Shown here in pieces: positions 30,554 to 39,312 of a stretch of 64,000 nucleotides of DNA. The translations under genes were made by a program, and so were the position numbers. The notes under the pieces were generated by a model. The model saw only the letters and a program-made list of their open reading frames with translations. It had not been told where the DNA came from and did not search any database. Position 1 is the first letter of the stretch. Every line of letters begins with the position of its first letter. The DNA is from Gemmatimonadota bacterium (lineage in GTDB: Bacteria; Latescibacterota; UBA2968; UBA8231). The DNA is taken from contig JAYOYH010000001.1 of assembly GCA_038153405.1 (NCBI GenBank), positions 32,156 to 96,155 of the forward strand, read 5' to 3'.

Positions 30554-32041
30554 CTACCAGGTGCGTGCCAGCTGCGTCAATAGGCGCACGCCAAAGCCGA
30601 CGCCGCCCTTGCGCACGTAGTGGCGGTGCGCATCGCTGGACGCGGTGCCGGCGATGTCGAGGTGGGCCCAGGGATAGTTGGTGGCAAATTCAGCCAGCAG
30701 CGCCGCAGCTGTGCTGGCGCCGCCGGGAGGACCACCGGAGTTTTTTACGTCGGCGATATCGCCCTCGATTTGCTGGCGGTATTCGGGCCACAGCGGCAGT
30801 CGCCACAGCCGCTCATGCGTTTGCGCCCCGGCCTGTAACAGCCGCTCGGCTAAGTCGTCGTCGTTGGCAAATAGGCCAGCGGCGTGGTGGCCGAGCGCGG
30901 TGACGCAGGCACCCGTCAGCGTGGCCAGATCGACTACGGCGACCGGCTTAAATCGCTCCACATAGCTCAGCGCATCGGCTAAGACGAGGCGGCCCTCGGC
31001 ATCGGTGCTGAGGATTTCGATCGTTTTACCCGAAAGGGTAGTAATGACATCACCCGGACGAAAGGCATTGCCGTCGGGCATGTTTTCGGCCGCGGCTATA
31101 ACGCCGATCACGCGCCGCGGCAGGCCGAGTTCAGCCACGGCCTGCATGGCGCCAAAGACGGCGGCTGCCCCCGACATATCCTTTTTCATGGAGACAATGC
31201 CGCTTACGCTCTTGAGCGACAGGCCCCCGCTGTCAAACGTGATGCCTTTGCCGACAAATACCAGCGGCTGCTCTCTCCTGCGCGCGTTGTATTCCATGCA
31301 GATGAAACGCGGTGGATTGGAACTGCCCCGGCCTACGGCCAGCACGGCGCCCATGCCGAGTTTGGCCATGGCCTTTTCGTCGAGAATGCGCACCTTGAGG
31401 TGTTCGTATTGCTGGGCCAGACGGCGGGCCTGGTCGGCTAAGTAGAGCGGGGTGACGGTGTTGCCGGGATGGTTGATTAGGTCGCGAGCGGCGGCCGTAG
31501 CCGAGGCTAGGGCTTGACCGGACCGCACGCCCTGGCGCAGGGCGGGCAGTTTGGCCGCATCGTGTTCGACGAGGGTCAGTTGCCGCAGCGAAGGGGATCG
31601 GGTATCCGAGCGATAGTGCTCAAAGCGGTAGAGCGCCAAGGCACTTGCCTCGGCCAGGGCCTGGGCCGCTGCGGCCGTTTCTAAGCCATCGGCGCTGCCG
31701 CCGTGTAGAATGGTTGCGGCGCGCTGGCACCCTATTTTGTCGAGCGCTAGCGCTGCTTGCGCTGCGGCGCGTCGGGCCGCTTCGGCATCGAAAGAGGCCT
31801 GTGCACCTAGGCCGACGACCAGCACGCGCGGTGCGGCGATCTTTCCCTGGCTGTAGAGGAGCAGCGTTTCGCCGCTGGCGCCGGTAAGGTCACCCAGATC
31901 GATGGCCGCACGGATTTGCCCGCCCAGCGCGCGATCAACGGCGGCCGTCGCTCCACCAGGTGCACTGTCGGCAAAAAGATGGACGACGAGCGCATCGGCG
32001 CGCTGTTTTTGAATTTCTCCCTTTCGTACTGTAACTTTCAT
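30554..32041 (-). CDS. pepA: Leucyl aminopeptidase (M17)
   Basis: VGKGITFDSGG.SLK, MKKDMSG, AAENM, STDAEGRL.LAD, DLATLTGA, WAHLDIAG. Confidence 0.96.
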   Translation of the reverse strand: MKVTVRKGEIQKQRADALVVHLFADSAPGGATAAVDRALGGQIRAAIDLGDLTGASGETLLLYSQGKIAAPRVLVVGLGAQASFDAEAARRAAAQAALALDKIGCQRAATILHGGSADGLETAAAAQALAEASALALYRFEHYRSDTRSPSLRQLTLVEHDAAKLPALRQGVRSGQALASATAAARDLINHPGNTVTPLYLADQARRLAQQYEHLKVRILDEKAMAKLGMGAVLAVGRGSSNPPRFICMEYNARRREQPLVFVGKGITFDSGGLSLKSVSGIVSMKKDMSGAAAVFGAMQAVAELGLPRRVIGVIAAAENMPDGNAFRPGDVITTLSGKTIEILSTDAEGRLVLADALSYVERFKPVAVVDLATLTGACVTALGHHAAGLFANDDDLAERLLQAGAQTHERLWRLPLWPEYRQQIEGDIADVKNSGGPPGGASTAAALLAEFATNYPWAHLDIAGTASSDAHRHYVRKGGVGFGVRLLTQLARTW

Positions 32042-32065
32042 GTTTTCTCGCAGGTTAGGGCGGAA

Positions 32066-32094
32066 AGTATAGATGGGCTCTCATCTGCTGTCAA
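32066..32094 (-). promoter_or_regulatory. Sigma70 promoter of the pepA-dcd operon
   Basis: Minus strand TTGACA-N17-TATACT, 24 nt upstream of the pepA ATG. Confidence 0.8.
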
Positions 32095-32143
32095 GCTGCT
32101 TTCCTCTGTTCATGGGCCCACTGTTGCATATATTCTTTGGCAT

Positions 32144-33520
32144 ATGAATGATCCAATTATAGACCAGCTCCGTTCGTTTCTAAAGGCCGACCAACTCCTG
32201 ACCTCGGAGGAAGATCTAGATGTGTACTCCTTCGACGGCACGGCGCTCCTGCACCAGAAGCCGCGGTGCATTGCCCTGCCGGAAAGCAGCGCGGAGATAG
32301 GGCGCATTCTGCAGGTGGCCAACGGCGCCAAGGTGCCGGTAGTCACGCGCGGATCGGGGACGGGGCTGGCTGGCGGTTCGGTGCCTGTAGAGGGGTGCAT
32401 CGTACTCTGTCTGGTGCGCCTGAACCGCATTTTGGCGCTCGATGTAAAAAATCTCGTTATGGTAGTTGAACCCGGTGTGCTAACGCAGAAAATTGCCGAC
32501 GAGGCCAGTGCGGCAGGGCTCTTTTATCCGCCCGATCCGGGGTCGATCAAGATTTCCACAATCGGCGGCAACGTAGCCAACAACTCCGGCGGTCTGCGCG
32601 GTCTCAAATACGGCGTTACGCGCGACTACGTTATGGCGCTCGAAGTCGTCCTGGCCGACGGGCAGGTGCTGCAGACGGGCAGCAAATGCGTCAAGGACGT
32701 GGCTGGTTTTTCGCTGCGCGACTTGTTTATCGGCTCGGAGGGCTGCCTCGGCGTGATTACCAAAATCACGCTCAAACTCATACCGCAGCCCGCTGCAAAA
32801 AAGACCATGTTGGCGCTCTTTGACAGCATGACGGCTGCCGCCGATACCGTCTCGTCGATCATCGAAAATAAGATCATTCCCTGCACGCTGGAATTTCTCG
32901 ATCGGGTGACGGTCGAGTGCGTCGAAAGCCATGCTCAGATCGGCTTGCCCACCGACTGCGAGGCGCTGCTGCTAATGGAGGTCGATGGGCATCCAGCACA
33001 GGTCGCCGAGCAGGCCGAACAGGTCGTGCAACTTGCCCGCGCCGGCGGCGCGCGCGAAGTGCGCCTGGCCGAATCGGCCGAGGAGGCGCTCCGATTGGCC
33101 TCGGCGCGGCGCACGGCATTTTCAGCGCTGGCGCGCCTGGCGCCAACGGTCGTTCTCGAAGACGTGACCGTGCCGCGCAGCGAACTGGCGCGCATGGTTG
33201 CGCGGATCGACGAAGTAGGGCGGCGACACGGCGTGAAGGTGGGTACGTTCGGCCATATGGGAGACGGCAATTTGCATCCGACCTTCCTGTGCGACGAGCG
33301 CGACCAGGAGGAGATGCAGCGCGTTGAACAGGCCATGCAAGAGGTCTTTGACTTCGCCATTGAGCTCGGTGGCACCATCACCGGCGAACACGGAGTGGGC
33401 CTGGCCAAAAAGCCTTTTTTGCCGGCTCAGTTAGGCGACGTTGGCATGGCGATGCTGCGCCGCCTCAAAGACAGCTTTGACCCCAACGGCATCCTTAATC
33501 CGGGTAAGGTATTCGATTGA
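32144..33520 (+). CDS. glcD: FAD-linked oxidase, glycolate oxidase subunit GlcD-like
   Basis: RGSGTGLAGG, YPPDPGS...STIGGN, GLKYG.TRDYV, GSEG.LG, GHMGDGNLHP, GEHGVG, DP.GILNPGK. Confidence 0.9.
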   Translation: MNDPIIDQLRSFLKADQLLTSEEDLDVYSFDGTALLHQKPRCIALPESSAEIGRILQVANGAKVPVVTRGSGTGLAGGSVPVEGCIVLCLVRLNRILALDVKNLVMVVEPGVLTQKIADEASAAGLFYPPDPGSIKISTIGGNVANNSGGLRGLKYGVTRDYVMALEVVLADGQVLQTGSKCVKDVAGFSLRDLFIGSEGCLGVITKITLKLIPQPAAKKTMLALFDSMTAAADTVSSIIENKIIPCTLEFLDRVTVECVESHAQIGLPTDCEALLLMEVDGHPAQVAEQAEQVVQLARAGGAREVRLAESAEEALRLASARRTAFSALARLAPTVVLEDVTVPRSELARMVARIDEVGRRHGVKVGTFGHMGDGNLHPTFLCDERDQEEMQRVEQAMQEVFDFAIELGGTITGEHGVGLAKKPFLPAQLGDVGMAMLRRLKDSFDPNGILNPGKVFD

Positions 33521-34827
33521 GCGACAGCGAGCTAAACCTGCTGCGCGATCTGGACTATTCCGTCGTGCAACAATGCATGCACTGCGGCATGTGTCTGCCA
33601 ACCTGTCCCACGTATGTCGAGACGCTGAACGAGCGCTCGTCGCCGCGCGGTCGCATCGCCATGATGCGGGCCGTTGCCGACGGTCGCCGCGAACTGAGCG
33701 AATCCTTTGCGGAGGAAATGTACTTTTGTCTGGGCTGTCTGGCCTGTCAGACGGCCTGCCCGGCCGGTGTTAACTACGGCCAGCTCTTTGAAAGCGCAAG
33801 GGCCGAGATCGAGCGCCAGCAGCTATTGGATTCGCCCAAGCGTCGGCGCATTCGCCGCTGGACGCTGGGCTGGCTCTTTGCCGAACAGCGCCGCCTGCAG
33901 CGCGTTGCGCGATTGCTGCGCCTATATCAGCGCAGCGGTTTGGAGCGCTTCGTTCGATCCATCGGCCTGCTGCGGCTCCTGCCCCAGTCGCTGCGCGAGT
34001 TGGAGCAGTTGACGCCGCGCATTAGCAGCGCATTTACTGCCGAACACCACGCCCGCACGGCCGATCCGCCGGATGCTCGGTATGGGGTCGCGCTGGTCGG
34101 CGGCTGCGTGCAGGACGTCGCCTTTGCCGATACCAATGCCGATACCATATACGCCCTGCGGCAAAACGGCTGTCGGGTTCTGCTGCCCTCCGACCAGGTT
34201 TGCTGCGGCTCGCTGCACGCGCACAACGGCGATCTCGAATCGGCCCGCGCGCTGGCGCGCCGCAATATCGATGCCTTTGCCCCAGAAAACGTCGACGCCA
34301 TTATCGTCAATGCCGGCGGTTGCGGTTCGCACGTCAAGCACTACGATCACCTGTTGCGCGACGATCCCACCTACGCATCGCGCGCAAAGAGTTGGAGCGA
34401 AAAGGTTAGGGATATACACGAGTTTCTCGTCGAAATTGACTTTCGCGCACCTGCTGTAGGATGCGGTGTCGGCGCGGTGACCTACCACGAGTCGTGCCAT
34501 CTCAAACACGGCCAGGGCGTATCGGATGCGCCACGGCAGATTTTGCGGGCCATTCCCGACGTAGAGTTGGTCGAATTGGCCGAAGCCGATTGGTGCTGTG
34601 GCAGCGCCGGAATCTACAATATTACGCAGCCGGAGATGTCGATGCGCCTGCTCGATCGCAAGATGGGCAATGTGCGCAACACGGGAGCGCCGGTCGTGGC
34701 AACGGGAAACCCCGGCTGTGTCATCCAACTGCAGCACGGCGGGCACCGCGAGGGGATAGATCTTCAGGTAGTGCACCCCATTTCGCTGCTGGCTGACGCC
34801 TATCGCGCCGAGGAGAAGGTATCGTGA
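33517..34827 (+). CDS. glcF: Glycolate oxidase Fe-S subunit GlcF-like
   Basis: CMHCGMCLPTCPTY, SPRGRI, CLGCLACQTACP and two CCG domains; overlaps the glcD stop. Confidence 0.92.
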   Translation: MSDSELNLLRDLDYSVVQQCMHCGMCLPTCPTYVETLNERSSPRGRIAMMRAVADGRRELSESFAEEMYFCLGCLACQTACPAGVNYGQLFESARAEIERQQLLDSPKRRRIRRWTLGWLFAEQRRLQRVARLLRLYQRSGLERFVRSIGLLRLLPQSLRELEQLTPRISSAFTAEHHARTADPPDARYGVALVGGCVQDVAFADTNADTIYALRQNGCRVLLPSDQVCCGSLHAHNGDLESARALARRNIDAFAPENVDAIIVNAGGCGSHVKHYDHLLRDDPTYASRAKSWSEKVRDIHEFLVEIDFRAPAVGCGVGAVTYHESCHLKHGQGVSDAPRQILRAIPDVELVELAEADWCCGSAGIYNITQPEMSMRLLDRKMGNVRNTGAPVVATGNPGCVIQLQHGGHREGIDLQVVHPISLLADAYRAEEKVS

Positions 34828-35168
34828 AACACTACGGATTGACGATCGAACTAAAGAATGATCCGGCGCTTATCGCCCAGTACAGAGAATTTCATGCCAA
34901 CCCATGGCCCGAGCCGCTGCGCGGGTTGCGCGAAATCGGCATTCTCGATATGAAGATCTTCCTGCTCGGAACGCGCATGTTTATGTACATGACGACGACG
35001 GATGAATTTGAGGCCGAGCGCGACTTTCCGACCTACGTCGAGCGCAACCCCAAAGCGGCCGAGTGGGATGCGCTGATGCGCACCTTTCAGCAGCAGGTTG
35101 CCGAGGCGCGCGAAGGCGAGTGGTGGGCGGAGATGGATATGGTCTTCGATTTGCAGCTACACGTTTAA
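34824..35168 (+). CDS. L-rhamnose mutarotase family protein
   Basis: L..DP.LIAQY...H...WPE, GI.DM.IF..G.R.FM, W..LM..FQ, W.EM..VF; GTGA overlap. Confidence 0.85.
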   Translation: MKHYGLTIELKNDPALIAQYREFHANPWPEPLRGLREIGILDMKIFLLGTRMFMYMTTTDEFEAERDFPTYVERNPKAAEWDALMRTFQQQVAEAREGEWWAEMDMVFDLQLHV

Positions 35169-35290
35169 TGGGATGAGATACAATTGCACGGGGAAAGGCG
35201 TCCGCTGCTGCCGGCGCGTCGCCTGCAAAGTGCGTCAGCATACCGATACCATTACTAGGGCAGGTAGAGACCGATAGGCGAAAGGAGACC

Positions 35291-36469
35291 ATGCTCGCCG
35301 GAGACGATGTGCAGTTTAGCAAGCCGACTCGCAAGCCGCAGAACCCCTGTTTTTCCTCTGGGCCGTGTGCCAAGCGGCCGGGCTGGAGTTTAGCGGCGCT
35401 TGCCGCCGCACCGCTGGGCCGATCGCACCGGGGCGTGCTCGGCAAGGCGCGCCTGGCCGAAGTCATTGAGCGCACGCGCGCTGTGTTGGAGATTCCCGAC
35501 GATTACCGCATCGCCGTCGTGCCCGCCTCCGATACGGGTGCCGTGGAGATGTGTTTGTGGTCGTTACTAGGGGAGCGCGGCGTCGATATAGCCGGCTGGG
35601 AGAGCTTTGGCAAGGGCTGGGTGACCGATGTCGTCAAACAGCTCAAGCTGGAAGATGTGCGCGTCTTTACCGCCGACTACGGCCAGCTACCCGACCTAAC
35701 GGAGTGGGATAGCCAGCGCGATATCGTCTTTACCTGGAACGGCACGACCTCGGGCGTATGCGTGCCGAATGGAGATTGGATTGCCGACGACAGGGAAGGT
35801 CTGACGATCTGCGATGCGACATCCGGCGTATTTGCCATGGCACTGCCGTGGGACAAGCTGGACGTGGTGACCTATTCGTGGCAAAAGGCGATGGGGGGCG
35901 AGGCGGCGCACGGCATGCTCGTGCTCAGTCCGCGCGCCGTGCATCGCTTGGAGTCCTACGAACCGCCCTGGCCCATGCCCAAGCTCTTTCGCATGAGCAA
36001 AGGAGGCCGGTTAGACGAAGCCCTCTTTAAAGGCAGTACGATCAACACGCCCTCCATGCTCTGCGTAGAAGACGCAATCGACGGGCTAAAATGGGCCGAA
36101 TCCATTGGCGGCCTGCCCGAGCTCATACGGCGTTCGCAAATCAATTTGGCCTGTTTGAGCGACTGGGTTGCGTCCAGCGATTGGGCGGCTTTTCTCGCCA
36201 GGGACAGCGCGTGCCGATCGAGCACGTCGATCTGTTTTACGATTGTCGACTCGTGGTATAGTCAACTCGCTGAACAAGAACGGAGAGCGCGGGCCGGAGT
36301 ACTGGTCGACCTGCTGGAAGAAGAGGGCGTCGCCTACGATATCGGTGCCTATCGCGATGCGCCACCGGGATTGCGGATATGGGGTGGATCAACCGTGGAG
36401 CGCAGCGACGTTGAGGCGCTCTTGCCCTGGTTAGACTGGGCTTGGAGCCGGGTAAAAGCTGCTGGGTAG
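35291..36469 (+). CDS. serC: Phosphoserine aminotransferase (alphaproteobacterial/Methanosarcina type)
   Basis: [59 protein letters not shown]. Confidence 0.94.
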   Translation: MLAGDDVQFSKPTRKPQNPCFSSGPCAKRPGWSLAALAAAPLGRSHRGVLGKARLAEVIERTRAVLEIPDDYRIAVVPASDTGAVEMCLWSLLGERGVDIAGWESFGKGWVTDVVKQLKLEDVRVFTADYGQLPDLTEWDSQRDIVFTWNGTTSGVCVPNGDWIADDREGLTICDATSGVFAMALPWDKLDVVTYSWQKAMGGEAAHGMLVLSPRAVHRLESYEPPWPMPKLFRMSKGGRLDEALFKGSTINTPSMLCVEDAIDGLKWAESIGGLPELIRRSQINLACLSDWVASSDWAAFLARDSACRSSTSICFTIVDSWYSQLAEQERRARAGVLVDLLEEEGVAYDIGAYRDAPPGLRIWGGSTVERSDVEALLPWLDWAWSRVKAAG

Positions 36470-36532
36470 CTTTTGCGCGATTGCATCAGGCCGGGGTGCG
36501 CCCCTGTCTGCATACGGAGTTGGCCTCTTGCG

Positions 36533-37525
36533 CTAGGGGGCCGGTTCGTAGGCGGCCAGCATGACGATGCCGATTTGATCGAGGGCCTGTTCCCAGGCTT
36601 CCTGCACGTCTGCGGTCCAGGCTTCGCCGGCGAATTCTTCCATGACGCACAGCAGCGTGCCGCCGACCATCAGATAATGGCTCGACTCGACGCCGTAGCG
36701 CTGGTGGCGCTTGCCGAGGGCGGTTAGCGCGGCTTTGAGTTTTTGGGGCGAGCGCAGGTTATTGACCGTCAGGACGAGCGCGTTGATGAGGTGCTTTTTT
36801 TGCGCTTCCATATCGACGTCGGCAAAGAGCGGATCCACTTCCGGATAGTCTGCCAAAAGCTTCTCGTAGAAGCGCTCGACCAGCTGCTCTGCGCTGGGTG
36901 CTAATAGGGCAAAGCTCGATTCGAGTAACTCTACGCGTAGGCCGCTTTCTTCCCCTTGTGGCTGCACCTTCTCTTCCTTCTCTTCCTCATCGTCTTCTCC
37001 CGTTCCCCACAGCGTTTCTACCTCTTCTTCAAGGCCGGATTCGCCCTCTAACATGGGCGTAACATCGTCCAGATCGCCGACTTCTCTAGGGACATCCTCG
37101 GCCGATTCCACCTCGGCCGATAGCGCCTCTTCTGTGGGGGCTGGACCGTCGCCCTCCGCTCTGGGCTGTGCGCTCTGGGCTTCCTTCTCTTCCCATGCGG
37201 GCGCGGGCTGATTTTGTTTGGCGATATGGGCCACGTCAAAGGGGGAACTGGCCTGTGCATCGCACAAAAAGAGGATGCGATCGCTGCCGCGCGGTCCACC
37301 GTCTTCGATTTGCCAGCCGCTGCGCGCATATTCGCTGACGGCGCGGCGGAAGAAGGCCTCGTTGACAAAGGCCCTGCGCTGGTCGTCGTGCTCGAGTACG
37401 ATTTCCAAGGGATTGGTTCCATCGTAGCGGATATATACGTCTTGGTCAATCGCCTGCAGCTGCGTTTTCATCCACTGCAGTTCTTCTTCTGTCAGCGTTT
37501 TGACTTGGCGTGGCGTAACGGCCAT
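36533..37525 (-). CDS. Globin-domain protein: unknown N-terminal domain (about 90 aa) + acidic linker + C-terminal flavohemoglobin-type globin
   Basis: C-terminal SF...FYEKL...PEV.PLF...AQKKHL...LGKRHQRYGV...HY..VG..LL...W......AW shows B10 Tyr, CD1 Phe, E7 Gln and F8 His. AAGGAG RBS. Confidence 0.88.
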   Translation of the reverse strand: MAVTPRQVKTLTEEELQWMKTQLQAIDQDVYIRYDGTNPLEIVLEHDDQRRAFVNEAFFRRAVSEYARSGWQIEDGGPRGSDRILFLCDAQASSPFDVAHIAKQNQPAPAWEEKEAQSAQPRAEGDGPAPTEEALSAEVESAEDVPREVGDLDDVTPMLEGESGLEEEVETLWGTGEDDEEEKEEKVQPQGEESGLRVELLESSFALLAPSAEQLVERFYEKLLADYPEVDPLFADVDMEAQKKHLINALVLTVNNLRSPQKLKAALTALGKRHQRYGVESSHYLMVGGTLLCVMEEFAGEAWTADVQEAWEQALDQIGIVMLAAYEPAP

Positions 37526-37566
37526 AGGGTAAATGGCTCCTTTGTAAGTACTAAGTGATACTAAGT

Positions 37567-37594
37567 ATATCGGCGAGAGGGGAAAAAAGTTTAG
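37567..37594 (-). promoter_or_regulatory. Sigma28 (FliA/SigD) promoter of the globin-domain gene
   Basis: Minus strand CTAAACTTT-N11-GCCGATAT (TAAA-N15-GCCGATAT), 41 nt upstream of the ATG. Confidence 0.82.
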
Positions 37595-37630
37595 GCGCGT
37601 GTATTAGGAGCGTGTATAAGGAAGGGCATG

Positions 37631-37668
37631 AAAAAAGGCCCTGTTCCACGCAGCGGAGGAACAGGGCC
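37631..37668 (-). terminator. Rho-independent terminator of the sulfatase-like gene
   Basis: Minus strand GGCCCTGTTCC-N10-GGAACAGGGCC-TTTTTT. Confidence 0.9.
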
Positions 37669-37694
37669 CGAATGGGGTTGGCGCACGGGCGTTA

Positions 37695-39110
37695 TTAGCG
37701 CTTCTTGGCCGCCGCTTTCTTCTTGTTACCAGCCTGCAGGCGGTTGGCTGCGCCGACGGAGCCGATGTGCAGCGTATCGTAGGCCTGCTGCGATGATTCA
37801 AAAGGCCCATCGTGCGTTTTGGCGCCGTGCCAGTTGGGGTTGGTGTACATGGGATTGGGCGCGCCCGTTGCCTTTTCGCGCTCGGCGATATGGGCTAGCA
37901 TGCGCTCCTCGAGCATGGCGACGACGGCTTTTTCCCTGTTGGCGAGGTTCTTTAGCTCGAGCGGGTCTTCGGATAGGTTATAAAGCTCGACGCGCGGCTT
38001 GAAGTGGAAGTCGGGTTCGAGGGCGATCATCAGCTTCCACTGTGGCGTGCGCCAGCCGTGCTTGCGCATCCAGGTGCACTCGGTGATGTAAAACTCCGAG
38101 TAGTTGGATGCGCGCTGACCGGCGATGAGCGGCAGCAGTGACTGACCGTCGAACTGGATATCCGCCTTCACGTTGAGCAATTGCAGGATCGTCGGCACGA
38201 GATCTTGGTGCAGCGTCGTGCCTTTGACGCGCTGGCCGGCGGGCACTTTGCCGGGCAGGCGAATGATCAACGGCACGTAGAGCGTATTGTCATACATGCC
38301 GTGGTGGTCGTACCAGCACTCGTGTTCGTAGAGCGTTTCGCCGTGGTCGCCGTTGATGACGATCAGCGTGTCATCCTCCAAGCCAAGTTCGGAAACGCGG
38401 GTGATAATGCGCTGAATGCAGGCGTCCATATAGGCGATGGCGCCGTCGTACTGCGCGTCGACGTAGTGGCGGTCGGTTACGCCCGGCGGCATCCAGTCGG
38501 CGAAGAAGTCGCAAAACGGTTTAAAATTAAAAACCGGCTGCATCGATTTGTTCTTGGGATCGAATTCATTGCCGCTGTAAAACATGCGTTCAAAGGGAGC
38601 CGGGGGCAGGTAGGGGGCGTGTGGGTCCATATGGCGGAGAAAGAGGAAGAACGGCTTTTTCGACTTAGACAGGCGTTCGAGCTCGGGTATGGCGACTTTG
38701 TTGAGCTCTTCGGCTTTTGGGCTGCGACCGGTTTCCCAGGAACCCCAGCCCGGGTAGTCGAAGTAACGGTCAAAACCGCGCGAGCTGGGATTGCCGGTGA
38801 AGCCGACGCAGGACGTATTGTAGCCGTTCTTTTTTAAAATTTCCGGCAGCGTGCGCACCTTTTTGGGTAGTCCACCGCGGTGGCGCAGGGCCACGACCGA
38901 AGTGGAAAAGCAGTCGAGGCCGGTGAGCATCGAGGCATAGGCCGAAGTGGTGGGAATATGCGGAGAATAGTTGCGCTCGAAGAGCGTGCCGCCCTCGGCG
39001 AAGCGGTCGATGTGTGGAGTCGTCTGGCGGTGATAGCCATAACAACTCATATGATCGGCGCGCAAACTATCGATGCCGAGGAGAATGAGGTTGGTCTTTT
39101 TTGTGGGCAT
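37695..39110 (-). CDS. Sulfatase/alkaline-phosphatase-superfamily hydrolase with atypical (Thr) signature
   Basis: IDSLRADH, TPHID, DPHAPY, YDGAI.YMD, GDHGE, VPLI, ELYNL..DP.E..NL. Signature is TTSAYASMLTG instead of CxPxR. ATG 39110. Confidence 0.88.
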   Translation of the reverse strand: MPTKKTNLILLGIDSLRADHMSCYGYHRQTTPHIDRFAEGGTLFERNYSPHIPTTSAYASMLTGLDCFSTSVVALRHRGGLPKKVRTLPEILKKNGYNTSCVGFTGNPSSRGFDRYFDYPGWGSWETGRSPKAEELNKVAIPELERLSKSKKPFFLFLRHMDPHAPYLPPAPFERMFYSGNEFDPKNKSMQPVFNFKPFCDFFADWMPPGVTDRHYVDAQYDGAIAYMDACIQRIITRVSELGLEDDTLIVINGDHGETLYEHECWYDHHGMYDNTLYVPLIIRLPGKVPAGQRVKGTTLHQDLVPTILQLLNVKADIQFDGQSLLPLIAGQRASNYSEFYITECTWMRKHGWRTPQWKLMIALEPDFHFKPRVELYNLSEDPLELKNLANREKAVVAMLEERMLAHIAEREKATGAPNPMYTNPNWHGAKTHDGPFESSQQAYDTLHIGSVGAANRLQAGNKKKAAAKKR

Positions 39111-39150
39111 AGGTGTCCCCTTTGCGTTGTAAAGTGTACGAGCAGGGGCA

Positions 39151-39179
39151 ATGCTAAAGCGAGAAGGAGGTATCGTCAA
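39151..39179 (-). promoter_or_regulatory. Probable sigma70 promoter of the sulfatase-like gene
   Basis: Minus strand TTGACG-N17-TAGCAT. Confidence 0.55.
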
Positions 39180-39312
39180 GGGAGGGGATAGAGCGGATTG
39201 AAAGAGGGCGCGCCATTGCTTAGATTTCGCCGGCGCAGGGTCGATGGCTGCGCGCGGTGCGCGGTTGGATAGACCTGTGTGAGCATGTGTCATTAGAAGG
39301 GAGAATGGGCAA

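Noticed and set aside
31916..32143. N-terminal extensions in the ORF track (glcD 31916, BamB-like 7933, GT-C 30103, sulfatase 39443, Prx 44207, metH 53690)
   Set aside because: They overlap neighbouring genes or promoters; downstream starts with an RBS, translational coupling or a family-typical N-terminus fit better.
35169..35290. Possible serC leader RNA motif
   Set aside because: I could not identify a convincing conserved structure by eye; it would need an Rfam search.
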